This document shows positions 19,373-28,417 of a DNA stretch of 40,798 nt, one piece after another (position 1 is the first letter of the stretch; each line of letters starts with the position of its first letter). A program made the translations under genes and the position numbers. The DNA comes from Aduncisulcus paluster (lineage: Eukaryota): contig BQXS01010956.1 of assembly GCA_024181965.1 (NCBI GenBank), positions 1 through 40,798 on the forward strand, in the 5' to 3' direction. The notes under the pieces are model-generated. The model was not told the DNA's origin. It saw nothing but the letters and a program-made list of their open reading frames with translations, and made no database searches.

Positions 19373-22300
19373 ATGGAAGAGCTTGAAGAGTATATTCTAG
19401 ATAGTGATACCATTGAAATTACAGATGAATTTTTTGGTCAAGGACCGTATAGTTTTACAATGAAGGGAAATCTTCTTTCCACTGAGGAACCTCATGAGGA
19501 GATGGCAGAATCTGATCGTCAGATGGCTGCTGTCCTTCGGAGACGAATTGATATTGATGATGATATTTTAGACGAAATTTCAGCAAAAGGGGCTAAACAT
19601 GGCCTCGTTCCACGGACATCTCGATCTACCCGTACCCCTGTGACCATTCGATCTGATAAATCAGATGTATTATTTTCACTACGAGCTTCCCCTAGAGTTT
19701 CTACATCGGAAGAAATATCCCCCCGTCCTCCAAAAAAGAAGGTTCCGCGAGTTGAGAAAGAAGTAATTATTAAAATGTTTTGCTTCCAATGTGAGCTGCC
19801 ATCAGTTGCACATCAACTCGTTCATTTCATTGATGTTTCTCGTCGTGACGATCTCCATGTTCCAATTTTGGGTATCTATTTTGGTTCTGATGATCTTGTT
19901 GGTATTGTAACCCCATACTTCCCTCACTCCTTCTCTCGCTTTGTGTTTGGAAGCAGCATCACCCCTACAATTCGTTTTTCAATGCTCCTCCGTCTTGCCG
20001 AATCATTATCGCAGATCCATGCCGTTGGATTCTCCCATGGTCGTCTTCACGTGGATAATGTCTTTGTTCGAGACGATGGAACTGTTATTCTGTGTGATCA
20101 TGGATATGGTCTTATTGAGGATGTTTTACTCATCAATAGGGGGAAAGAAGAGGAAATCGAAATGGCAAAAGAGTTCATACCTGGAATGGTTGTTCCTCTC
20201 CTCGAAAAATACAAAATATGCTCCTGTTTTTACACTTCAAATCGAGATATGGTCTTCAAACGTCTTGTATTTCTCCCACCAGAATATGATATTGAACCAA
20301 TTCGGGATGTCGGTGAGAGGAATTCTGTTTTCAGAAGGCCTACAACCCCTGGTGGTTCTGCTCCACGTTCTTCTTCCTCACTTTCTTCTACTCTCTCTCA
20401 TACCTCGCATAAACCATCACATCCAGGATCTTTCTCGCCTTCTTCCTCCGTATCTGTTGGTCAAACAGCCAAATACGGATCATTTCTCCCTCATTTCATC
20501 GCTCCAAAGCCATACTCTCCTTCCTTCGACATGTTCTCGCTTGGAATGATTTTTCTCCATGTTATGTCGGAGAGTGTGCCATTTGCTAGTTGTCTTGAAA
20601 GCGAGAAACAGACCAAGTTTTTCCAGGGACGTGCTGTTGTCCGTCAATTACTCAGAAACAACCAATTTCCCTTTTTGCAGCTTGTTGGTGGAGAGTTTGA
20701 TTGTTGTGTCCTTGTAAGTGGACCCTCCCATCTTCGGTATACCTGCGACACTGTGTGTGAACTCCTTAAGGGTCTTCTCCGTGATGAAGTTGAAAATGCA
20801 CGTGCTGTTTGTCCATCACTCTCACATATCGTGGCCTCTGTTGCCTCAAACGCTGGGATTTTGAGAATGTTTGACAATGAAATTCTGTCAAATCCACTCC
20901 AACTATCATCTTTCCTCATCCTTCTACAATCAGGAGTTGTTCCTCTCACAGCTTTGCAAATAAGGACCCCTTTTACAAACCCAGCAACTCTATTTCATTC
21001 CTTGCGATATGTTCCACGGTTGCGAAGAATGTCAATCGATCTTTCTGATGGAACAGATTTAAATATTTTCGCTGACGAACTTCAATTTTTGACAAGATTG
21101 AAAAGCCTAAAAATAGATTTATTGCGCAAAGTTCACACCGATGAAGATGATATCCTTGCAGTTCTGAAAGAAATGGAGCAACTTCATGAAATTGATGATT
21201 TCTGCTTTTCTTTCACTGGTGGAATGAGAAATGCCTTTCCACGTGTATCAAAGCATCTTGTATCCAGTATTTCTTCATTCAAACACCTCGTGTCTCTTCA
21301 TATTGCTGCTTTTGCCGTTGATACTTTTGGTCTCGCAGATTGTCTCCGCGATTTAGAAGGCATTCAGAGTGTTATCCTCGAAGATATCGACATTTCCTCT
21401 TCAAGTATCCTCATTGATGCTCTGAAATGCTCAAAGAACTTGAAAGAACTCAGGATAAAACGGTGTACGTTGATCGATCTCTTCCCTCGGAAGGCTAAAA
21501 CCTCTTCGACTGAAGGTAAGAAGAAGAAAATGTTGTCAAGTGCCAGTGAATTAATCAAAAAAGCGAAACATAATGCCAAAATGAAACGATTAAAGCATGT
21601 TATCCCTCCACTCGAAATCCTTGATTTGTCTGATAGCCGCCTTGATTGTGAGTCTGTTTTAACAATACTCGAGCTCTTCAAGCCATACGAACACCTTCAC
21701 ACACTGTGCTTGAAAGGCTGTAAGTTGCTTGATTTGCCTTCGTTCCCTTTAGGAAGTGTCTTTGCCAAAATGCCTTCCCTCAAGGTACTGTCTCTTGCAA
21801 GAGCTGGGATTGAGAGTGTTGATGATCTAGTGGAGATTATTCGTGCGATTAGAGGGATTCAATATCTTGATCTCAGCGCAATAACAGTGGGAACTCAGAT
21901 ATATGAAGTCTTTGCAACTTTGAGGGGGATGAGATTCTTGAAAACTCTAATTCTTGATGAATGTACCCTTGAATCTTTCAGTGTTCGTACATTTAGTCGT
22001 GTTGTACCCGTTTTGCCCGCATTAACTCGCCTTAGTTTCAGTGGAAATCGAGGTGTTGAATATAAGGATCTCCATTCTTTGATTATTGCTGTGGGAAGAT
22101 GTAAAGAGTTACGTTGTTTGAGAGTCACCCGTGCTCACCTTGGAGATAGCTTAGTTCCTGGACTATTGGAATCAGTGCGAAAGATTCCAATTCTGAGAAG
22201 GGTTGATATTCAGTGCAATGATCTTACCAAAAAGACAATGGAACATTTTGATATTTATATGAAACATTATAAAAGACATCTATTGGTCGATCTTAGAACA

Positions 22301-22402
22301 AATTCATTCTTCGTAAACGATGGTGAGAGAATCGGGTATGATAACGGTGCCATATTAGAGTTTGCAATTGGAGATGAATGGTTTTCAAATAAATATTTGT
22401 AA
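19373..22402 (+). CDS. Pseudokinase (TKL-like fold) with C-terminal RNI-like leucine-rich repeats
   Basis: Kinase motifs GQGPYS (Gly loop), VIIK, HGRLHVDN (HRD position), DHG (DFG position), LPPE and DMFSLG. The C-terminal half has LRRs such as LEILDLSDSRL, LHTLCLKGCKL, LKVLSLARAGI, LTRLSFSGN and LRRVDIQCNDL. Confidence 0.85.
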   Translation: MEELEEYILDSDTIEITDEFFGQGPYSFTMKGNLLSTEEPHEEMAESDRQMAAVLRRRIDIDDDILDEISAKGAKHGLVPRTSRSTRTPVTIRSDKSDVLFSLRASPRVSTSEEISPRPPKKKVPRVEKEVIIKMFCFQCELPSVAHQLVHFIDVSRRDDLHVPILGIYFGSDDLVGIVTPYFPHSFSRFVFGSSITPTIRFSMLLRLAESLSQIHAVGFSHGRLHVDNVFVRDDGTVILCDHGYGLIEDVLLINRGKEEEIEMAKEFIPGMVVPLLEKYKICSCFYTSNRDMVFKRLVFLPPEYDIEPIRDVGERNSVFRRPTTPGGSAPRSSSSLSSTLSHTSHKPSHPGSFSPSSSVSVGQTAKYGSFLPHFIAPKPYSPSFDMFSLGMIFLHVMSESVPFASCLESEKQTKFFQGRAVVRQLLRNNQFPFLQLVGGEFDCCVLVSGPSHLRYTCDTVCELLKGLLRDEVENARAVCPSLSHIVASVASNAGILRMFDNEILSNPLQLSSFLILLQSGVVPLTALQIRTPFTNPATLFHSLRYVPRLRRMSIDLSDGTDLNIFADELQFLTRLKSLKIDLLRKVHTDEDDILAVLKEMEQLHEIDDFCFSFTGGMRNAFPRVSKHLVSSISSFKHLVSLHIAAFAVDTFGLADCLRDLEGIQSVILEDIDISSSSILIDALKCSKNLKELRIKRCTLIDLFPRKAKTSSTEGKKKKMLSSASELIKKAKHNAKMKRLKHVIPPLEILDLSDSRLDCESVLTILELFKPYEHLHTLCLKGCKLLDLPSFPLGSVFAKMPSLKVLSLARAGIESVDDLVEIIRAIRGIQYLDLSAITVGTQIYEVFATLRGMRFLKTLILDECTLESFSVRTFSRVVPVLPALTRLSFSGNRGVEYKDLHSLIIAVGRCKELRCLRVTRAHLGDSLVPGLLESVRKIPILRRVDIQCNDLTKKTMEHFDIYMKHYKRHLLVDLRTNSFFVNDGERIGYDNGAILEFAIGDEWFSNKYL

Positions 22403-22514
22403 ATATTTGATTTTAAATAATTTTCGGGAATCTGTTTATTGTATGTCGCTCAGATCGGTTTACTTTGACCTTTTGCCCTCACCACCATCAAAATACAATA
22501 ATAACAATATAAAC

Positions 22515-23843
22515 ATGGCAATATGTGGGTTCACAATTCTTAATCTTGGGCAAAAACGTTCGTTAATTCGCCCATCTTATTCCGAATCTCGTGTTGTAAA
22601 TGTATTTCTTTATCTCATCCCAATCTCCTTTTGTCTGATCCTTTTTGTGACGTTTATTGTTTTTGGAATGTTAATTCTTTATTCAGGGACAGATTCTTCG
22701 ATTGAAAGCTTTGTCACTGGCATCGACTCTCTTGATTTTATTTCATCAAGTTCAGACTTCTCTTCTGCACTTTCAGATACTTTCATCGATATTAATATTG
22801 ATATTAATGATCTATCTTATGAAGTGACAACTGATTTTCAATTTGAACAGTCGGAGTGTATCACTAATCGTTACCTCCGCAAACAAATTGTTAAAGCAAG
22901 CAAATACGATAATCTTGATTTTTCTTCCCATTCATATATTCTTTCACCGATAACGACAGGGGTAAACGATAATATTCTTTCACTTTCTAATTTTGAAAAA
23001 GAAATTGATACCACAATCACAATTCGGAAATCAAGTTCCTCTCTGGGATCTTCTTCCCTCATTATTAGTGAGTCAGACACAGTTTTCCCTGTTACAACCG
23101 ATGGAACTAAAGCATGTCCTTCCACATCGATTAATTGCTTCACAGACGGATATTACTGCGTTATATATTCCCAAAGCAAGTTAATTTCTATTTTTATATC
23201 CCCATCCGCCAGCGATAACTCATTTTCTCTCCCAGATGAGTTTTTAGATTCAACTGATTCGGCTGGAGATGAGAGTGTTGTAGCTAATCCCGACTATTAT
23301 ACTTGCGCTGGGATAGATCAAGTTGATATATCTCTTTCTTCCTTGCGCATTATTGATGTGAACAGTGTTTGTGGTCTTTATGAGTCAACGTATCAATACG
23401 GTATTGATAATGTTGATCTCTCTGTTAGAAGAACACTTGTAATTCTATTCCCTATTCTTGCCTCAATTTCCCTTCTCATTCTTATCGCAGATTGTGTCTT
23501 GATTGGACATATATGGTCGACCGGGTGGGAATGTTGTTTAAATGGAACCTTCGGACGAACTGGGAATGAAGTTCTTCCAATAGATTCGTTAGAAGCAGAT
23601 ATTGACCATGGAAGCGATCAAGATCATCCCTCTGAGTCAGTCCAAGAGGTATTCGTGCAAGTTCATGGTGGTGTTGAAGGTGTAAAAGTTGATATTGATA
23701 GTAGTTCTTCAAATAATGATGATGAACAAGGCTCTGGAATTGAATTAGAAGATCTACAAACTCCTAGCAATATTCCTGATCTTCATCAAGCAAAAGAAGA
23801 CACAGATCCAACCTCTGCTTCTCATGATCTCTCTGGTGCTTGA
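22515..23843 (+). CDS. Hypothetical two-transmembrane protein with large Ser/Asp/Cys-containing loop and acidic C-tail
   Basis: TM1 VFLYLIPISFCLILFVTFIVFGMLILY and TM2 LVILFPILASISLLILIADCVLIG. The track start (TTG 22362) overlaps the previous gene; ATG 22515 (or 22443) is more plausible. Confidence 0.75.
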   Translation: MAICGFTILNLGQKRSLIRPSYSESRVVNVFLYLIPISFCLILFVTFIVFGMLILYSGTDSSIESFVTGIDSLDFISSSSDFSSALSDTFIDINIDINDLSYEVTTDFQFEQSECITNRYLRKQIVKASKYDNLDFSSHSYILSPITTGVNDNILSLSNFEKEIDTTITIRKSSSSLGSSSLIISESDTVFPVTTDGTKACPSTSINCFTDGYYCVIYSQSKLISIFISPSASDNSFSLPDEFLDSTDSAGDESVVANPDYYTCAGIDQVDISLSSLRIIDVNSVCGLYESTYQYGIDNVDLSVRRTLVILFPILASISLLILIADCVLIGHIWSTGWECCLNGTFGRTGNEVLPIDSLEADIDHGSDQDHPSESVQEVFVQVHGGVEGVKVDIDSSSSNNDDEQGSGIELEDLQTPSNIPDLHQAKEDTDPTSASHDLSGA

Positions 23844-24301
23844 GTTTTCAAACATTTTGAAACTCTTATAATCCCCAAAATATGAACCTTGTTATATTAA
23901 CCAAACCACTTATATCACCTTTTATCGTTAAAAAAGTGTTAATTTATAAAGTTAATTTATATTTATATTCCTGTGAACCGATAATACTGTTGTTTGTCCC
24001 GAATTTGTATATCTGAAAGTTTTTTGGGACTCAACTTTGTTTGATTCTATATTTCTTGAAATTTTCCAATTCGATAAAAAATAAGAATATATTATTCTGT
24101 TCTTTTTGTTGAAGGTATTTTGTTTAACCTTTTTTAAGTAAAAGTACGCCGTTTCATCGATATTTCTTGGGACATTATTTTAAAATTATCGAAAATTGAA
24201 TCGTTTCGTCATAACAATAATCCCTTTAAAGTAGAATTCCAAATTTACACAAAAACTTTGTGGACAGCCGGGTTTTCTTGACATTATTATTATTGAAACG
24301 G

Positions 24302-26419
24302 ATGAATTTACACGATAATCAAATATCTATTTTATTTATTGGTTCTGAAACGCTCCAAATTAGGTTGGCTTCAGTTTTAAAACCGATTCACACTTTGTCG
24401 GTGGGATATTCAGCTCTCTTGCAAATCACTATTGCGGATTTTTTAAATTTTGATATGGTTAAAGATGATTTATTTATAGAAAAAAAGGAACTATCATTAT
24501 TTCTCACTCCTCAAGATCTTTCCATTGATTGGCAATTCATGCCACCTCATATTGATTTTGACGCGGTAATATATTTATTTAACGTTGAAGATAAACCATC
24601 ATTTGAGAAACTAAAACAATTACACGATCAATATTCCGAGAAGCCAAATTTTCCAAAATCTGCACCAAGTTATTTATTATCCTGTGATGCTCTCCATTTT
24701 GAATCAACTACTCATACTTACATTGTATCAAATCCCTTTTCTCATTCCGTGACAACGCCAATATCCATTTCTCTCATTGATGAGGAATATGTAGAAATTG
24801 CCGAATTAGATAAGATTCCTCCTCCAGAGTTCTTTGGATCTGAAAAAGAAGATTCCCCCAATCACACCGATGATAAACAGCCAGATCCTTGTATTTCTCC
24901 AACTTCATTGCCTCCATATGTTTCAGAAGAAGATATTCCTGATGCTGTCTCAAACACCAAAACTATTCATAGCTTCACATCCGATATTATCAAAAAAATT
25001 TCAGATTCCATGTCCTATGATTACCATCCTAAGTATCCCTTGGTTACTGATCCGGAGATTGCTAGCATGCAATCTTATTTGAAATGTTCCACTGAGATCA
25101 CAAGCATTAAACTATCTAACGAAAGAGATACATGCCAAACTATTCTATCAGTCATTGCACATATTCAGGAATATTCCTCCAATCTTGCTACAAAGATCAA
25201 ATGCGTTGTCCTTGGAGATTCTGCTGTTGGAAAATCTCATCTATGTAATCTGATTCAACTCGAATTAGATAGACATATGAAGCAGGATACGTCCCTTTAC
25301 AGGTCACCATTACTGTGTAGCGGATTTCTAAGCAAAGGAATAAGTCCAATTTCGAGAGAAAGCCATTTCAAAACTTATGGTATATCAAAATCTGAATTCA
25401 AGAAAAAGATGGGAACAATGGAATCCAAAATTATCTCCAAGATGAAAGATAAAAGGAAAAAGATGATTAAATCAGTCTCACCAACGATAGATGTCAGAAG
25501 GTGCATCACTGAGCACGTTTGTCAATATCAGTTCCATCAACCTGGAAAGACGTTCACCATCGATTTAGTGGATACTCCTGGGCTTCCTTGCAACTTCTAT
25601 ACAAGTGATTCTCGTATTCCAATGTCGTCGCATCAGGATTCGATGTCTGCTTCTGTTCGACCTTCTTGCGTTCTTTATCATAACGTCGATTGCGGTATTT
25701 TTGTGTATAATGCAGACCTCCCACCTGATTCCATTATTCTCTCTCTAGAGAAATGGCTCCATGAGTTTTATTGCGAAGCTTTGATGTCCATGCGTATAGT
25801 GTCTGAAAGAAGTTATTGGGAAGGAGTTCTCGGAGAGCAGCCAGAAAAATGGGTAGAAAGAGACTGTGAGAAAAAGTTTAAGGATCATGTCAAAGAAAAA
25901 TGTAGAGATAGACGAAAAAGGCCTCTTGTATCGACCTCCCTACCGGTTTCCGCCGGTATTCCATTAAGTTGGCGCAGTGAAGAGATTAAGGAAGCCCACC
26001 AATCATTATCTGCCGAAGAAAAAGAAATACGAAGTTCCATTCCGATACTTATTGTTGGAAATTCGAGGAAAAGTGGGAAGTTCCATGGTCCAGATAATGC
26101 TGTTCTCGAGGAAAATCATAAACTGATCCTACGTTCTCTGAAGGAATCTTTCCTCAATGGCTGTTCAAAATGTCACTTTGACGGAATATTGTGTGATGAT
26201 ATAGCGAAATCTATTTTAATCCCAAAATCTCCTATTTACTCAAAAATATCGAAATTTTTCAAAGCTTCTACATCTACTAGTGTCAACGACCTCCGAGCAA
26301 AGTTGAGGAAAATAGCTAAGGATTCGTGTGTTGAACACGATGATGAGAAATCAGAAGATTCTTCCGAATCTGAAGCTTCATATGAAGGAACCGATTCTTC
26401 TGAATCTGAAGATGACTGA
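24302..26419 (+). CDS. Divergent protein with two tandem Ras/Rab-like small GTPase domains
   Basis: Domain 2 has KCVVLGDSAVGKS (G1, 25214), IDLVDTPG (G3, 25571), YHNVDCGIFVY..SLEKWLHEF and IPILIVGNSR (degenerate G4). Domain 1 has a Ras-like strand/helix pattern (ISILFIGS, DAVIYLFNVEDKPSFEKL, EITSIK) without a P-loop. First ATG at 24302. Confidence 0.75.
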   Translation: MNLHDNQISILFIGSETLQIRLASVLKPIHTLSVGYSALLQITIADFLNFDMVKDDLFIEKKELSLFLTPQDLSIDWQFMPPHIDFDAVIYLFNVEDKPSFEKLKQLHDQYSEKPNFPKSAPSYLLSCDALHFESTTHTYIVSNPFSHSVTTPISISLIDEEYVEIAELDKIPPPEFFGSEKEDSPNHTDDKQPDPCISPTSLPPYVSEEDIPDAVSNTKTIHSFTSDIIKKISDSMSYDYHPKYPLVTDPEIASMQSYLKCSTEITSIKLSNERDTCQTILSVIAHIQEYSSNLATKIKCVVLGDSAVGKSHLCNLIQLELDRHMKQDTSLYRSPLLCSGFLSKGISPISRESHFKTYGISKSEFKKKMGTMESKIISKMKDKRKKMIKSVSPTIDVRRCITEHVCQYQFHQPGKTFTIDLVDTPGLPCNFYTSDSRIPMSSHQDSMSASVRPSCVLYHNVDCGIFVYNADLPPDSIILSLEKWLHEFYCEALMSMRIVSERSYWEGVLGEQPEKWVERDCEKKFKDHVKEKCRDRRKRPLVSTSLPVSAGIPLSWRSEEIKEAHQSLSAEEKEIRSSIPILIVGNSRKSGKFHGPDNAVLEENHKLILRSLKESFLNGCSKCHFDGILCDDIAKSILIPKSPIYSKISKFFKASTSTSVNDLRAKLRKIAKDSCVEHDDEKSEDSSESEASYEGTDSSESEDD

Positions 26420-26628
26420 AAATAAGGGAAAACAGAGATTAGAAATGAATTTATTATTTGATTCATTATTAATATTATTAATAATATTATATTTGATTTC
26501 GTATTCTTGTAATATGTTTGGAGTTTTTTTCTTTCGCTTTTGTTTTTTTTCCTGACTTTCCTAGTTTTTTTTTATCGATTTTTCGAATCAAAAGGAAAAA
26601 AATCAACTATTATTTATCTATTTTTCAG

Positions 26629-26680
26629 TTCGATAGCGTTTTCCCATGAGATAACTATCGAATATCATCATGGAAAAACG
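26629..26680. other. Interleaved inverted repeats (hairpin or alternative fold) between convergent genes
   Basis: 26637-26653 pairs with 26663-26680 (one bulge and one C/A mismatch that is G.U on the minus strand). 26629-26636 TTCGATAG pairs with 26655-26662 CTATCGAA. Confidence 0.4.
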
Positions 26681-26776
26681 ATTTTAAGACAACAGTGTTA
26701 ATTCTTGGTTAAACGTAAAAGCAAATGAAAATAAAGATATTGGATCAACTAACAAACTATTTTCCAATTCTGTCTT

Positions 26777-27205
26777 CTAAAATTTAAGATATTGAGGCAT
26801 TTTTCGAACCACTAATCCTTTCAGAGTAAAAAACGAGATCAATATTAGAATAACTCCAAATATTGTCCATATTTCCGTTGAATATTTTCCTCCCATCATT
26901 GAAGCCCTAAAATTATCATCTTTCCACAATTTAATAAGAAACAATATGACAATAGAAGGAAGAATCATATAAAATGCTGCCTTTCCACCTTCCTTTGCAT
27001 ATTGAGTCATTAAAGAATCAGAATAATCCACAACAACATATGTTCCTTGAGAATAATCATATTTATATGAATTCTTTGGCGGATGATTTATCATATTATA
27101 GATGGATCCGCGAAACACGAAAAAGCAGAATAAAAACGATAACAATATGATTATTACATAGGGAGGGTTTCGGATATACCTATTAAAGAACAATTTGAAA
27201 TTCAT
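26777..27205 (-). CDS. OSTC: Oligosaccharyltransferase subunit OSTC/DC2 (OST3/OST6 membrane-domain family)
   Basis: 142 aa from ATG 27205 with 3 TM segments. Motifs GSIYNMINHPP, QYAKEG and LISFFTLKGLVVRKMPQYL match the DC2 pattern GGIIYDVIVEPP...QYIMEG...LLSFF...MKLPGYL. There is no thioredoxin domain. Confidence 0.85.
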   Translation of the reverse strand: MNFKLFFNRYIRNPPYVIIILLSFLFCFFVFRGSIYNMINHPPKNSYKYDYSQGTYVVVDYSDSLMTQYAKEGGKAAFYMILPSIVILFLIKLWKDDNFRASMMGGKYSTEIWTIFGVILILISFFTLKGLVVRKMPQYLKF

Positions 27206-27728
27206 TATCCTCAATTCCGTGCAAAAATTCAATAATTTGGTTTTATTGAGATCTACAGTATATAAAGTTTTAATAATGTTTTAAATTAGAAATTCTACAT
27301 GTTTAATAAAAATTCTTACATTTTGATGCGATAGATTATGCCATCTGAATTTCCAATTTGCCTTTCTTTGTGCCAGTCATTAAGTAATGAAAGATCGACA
27401 ATAGTATTAAAATATTCATTTATATAAATATATATTATATAATAATTTGTTCATAATTAAAAACAATTTTTCTAATATTTACAAAATCCTAATATCGGTA
27501 GTTTTAAAAATTATATAAAATAATTATACCTGCAAATTGTTCATAAAATATTCTGGCCCTCGAAGTTCAAACAGTCTTTTGTCGATATAAAACTATTGTT
27601 GTGATATTAATGTATGTATTTTCCTGAACGATTTTTTTGTCAATTTGGTTTTTATTTAAAAAATTAAAATGTTTTACATTTTCCCTTCCCATTAATGCCT
27701 CAAATTTTATCAATTTCCTTCAGATATA

Positions 27729-28154
27729 ATGGCTGTTTCTAAATCTGCTCCCAAGTCCCGTTCTGCCCGTGCTGGTCTTCAGTTCCCCGTTGGTCGTATC
27801 CACCGTTTCTTGAAGGATGGACGTTATGCCGACCGTATTGGTGCTGGTGCTCCCGTTTTCCTTGCCTCTGTTCTTGAGTACGTTGTTGCTGAAGTTCTCG
27901 AGCTTGCTGGTCGTTGTGCCAAGCAACACACCAGACAGCGTATTGTCCCCAGACACATCATGCTCGCTCTTAAGAACGATCCTGAGTTGGGTAAGCTCTT
28001 TGATGATATCATCATCCCTGGTGGTGGTGTTCTCCCATACATCCACCCTCAGCTCCGGCCCGCTACTAAGGGAGGAAAGGGTAAAGGAAAAGGTAAGGGA
28101 AAAGGTAAGGGTAAGGGTAAAGGAAAGGGTAAGGGCATGAGCCAAGAACTCTAA
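27729..28154 (+). CDS. H2A: Histone H2A, H2A.X-type (C-terminal SQEL), with (GK)10 tail
   Basis: [46 protein letters not shown] and GGVLPYIH. Strong codon bias. Ends MSQEL-stop. Confidence 0.97.
   Translation: MAVSKSAPKSRSARAGLQFPVGRIHRFLKDGRYADRIGAGAPVFLASVLEYVVAEVLELAGRCAKQHTRQRIVPRHIMLALKNDPELGKLFDDIIIPGGGVLPYIHPQLRPATKGGKGKGKGKGKGKGKGKGKGKGMSQEL
28074..28133 (+). repeat. Gly-Lys dipeptide repeat x10 in the H2A tail
   Basis: Mixed codons GGA/GGT and AAG/AAA. Confidence 0.95.
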
Positions 28155-28195
28155 GCTCATTAATCTATCCTCTTCNNNNNNNNNNNNNNNNNNNN

Positions 28196-28417
28196 AGACA
28201 GCGTATTGTCCCCAGACACATCATGCTCGCTCTTAAGAACGATCCTGAGTTGGGTAAGCTCTTTGATGATATCATCATCCCTGGTGGTGGTGTTCTCCCA
28301 TACATCCACCCTCAGCTCCGTCCCGCTACTAAGGGAGGAAAGGGTAAAGGAAAAGGTAAGGGAAAAGGTAAGGGTAAGGGTAAAGGAAAGGGTAAGGGCA
28401 TGAGCCAAGAACTCTAA
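28196..28417 (+). CDS. H2A: Partial second histone H2A copy or allele (3' half, 5' end in gap)
   Basis: Encodes [19 protein letters not shown]...(GK)10GMSQEL, identical at protein level to the first copy. Confidence 0.5.
   Translation, partial: RQRIVPRHIMLALKNDPELGKLFDDIIIPGGGVLPYIHPQLRPATKGGKGKGKGKGKGKGKGKGKGKGMSQEL

Noticed and set aside
26637-26680. SECIS element
   Set aside because: The AUGA is Watson-Crick paired rather than forming the GA/GA quartet, and the flanking genes have no in-frame TGA.
27612-27723. Possible 5' UTR intron GTATGT...TTTCCTTCAG upstream of H2A
   Set aside because: There is no clear branch-point motif, and AT-rich promoter DNA gives such matches by chance. It needs transcript data.
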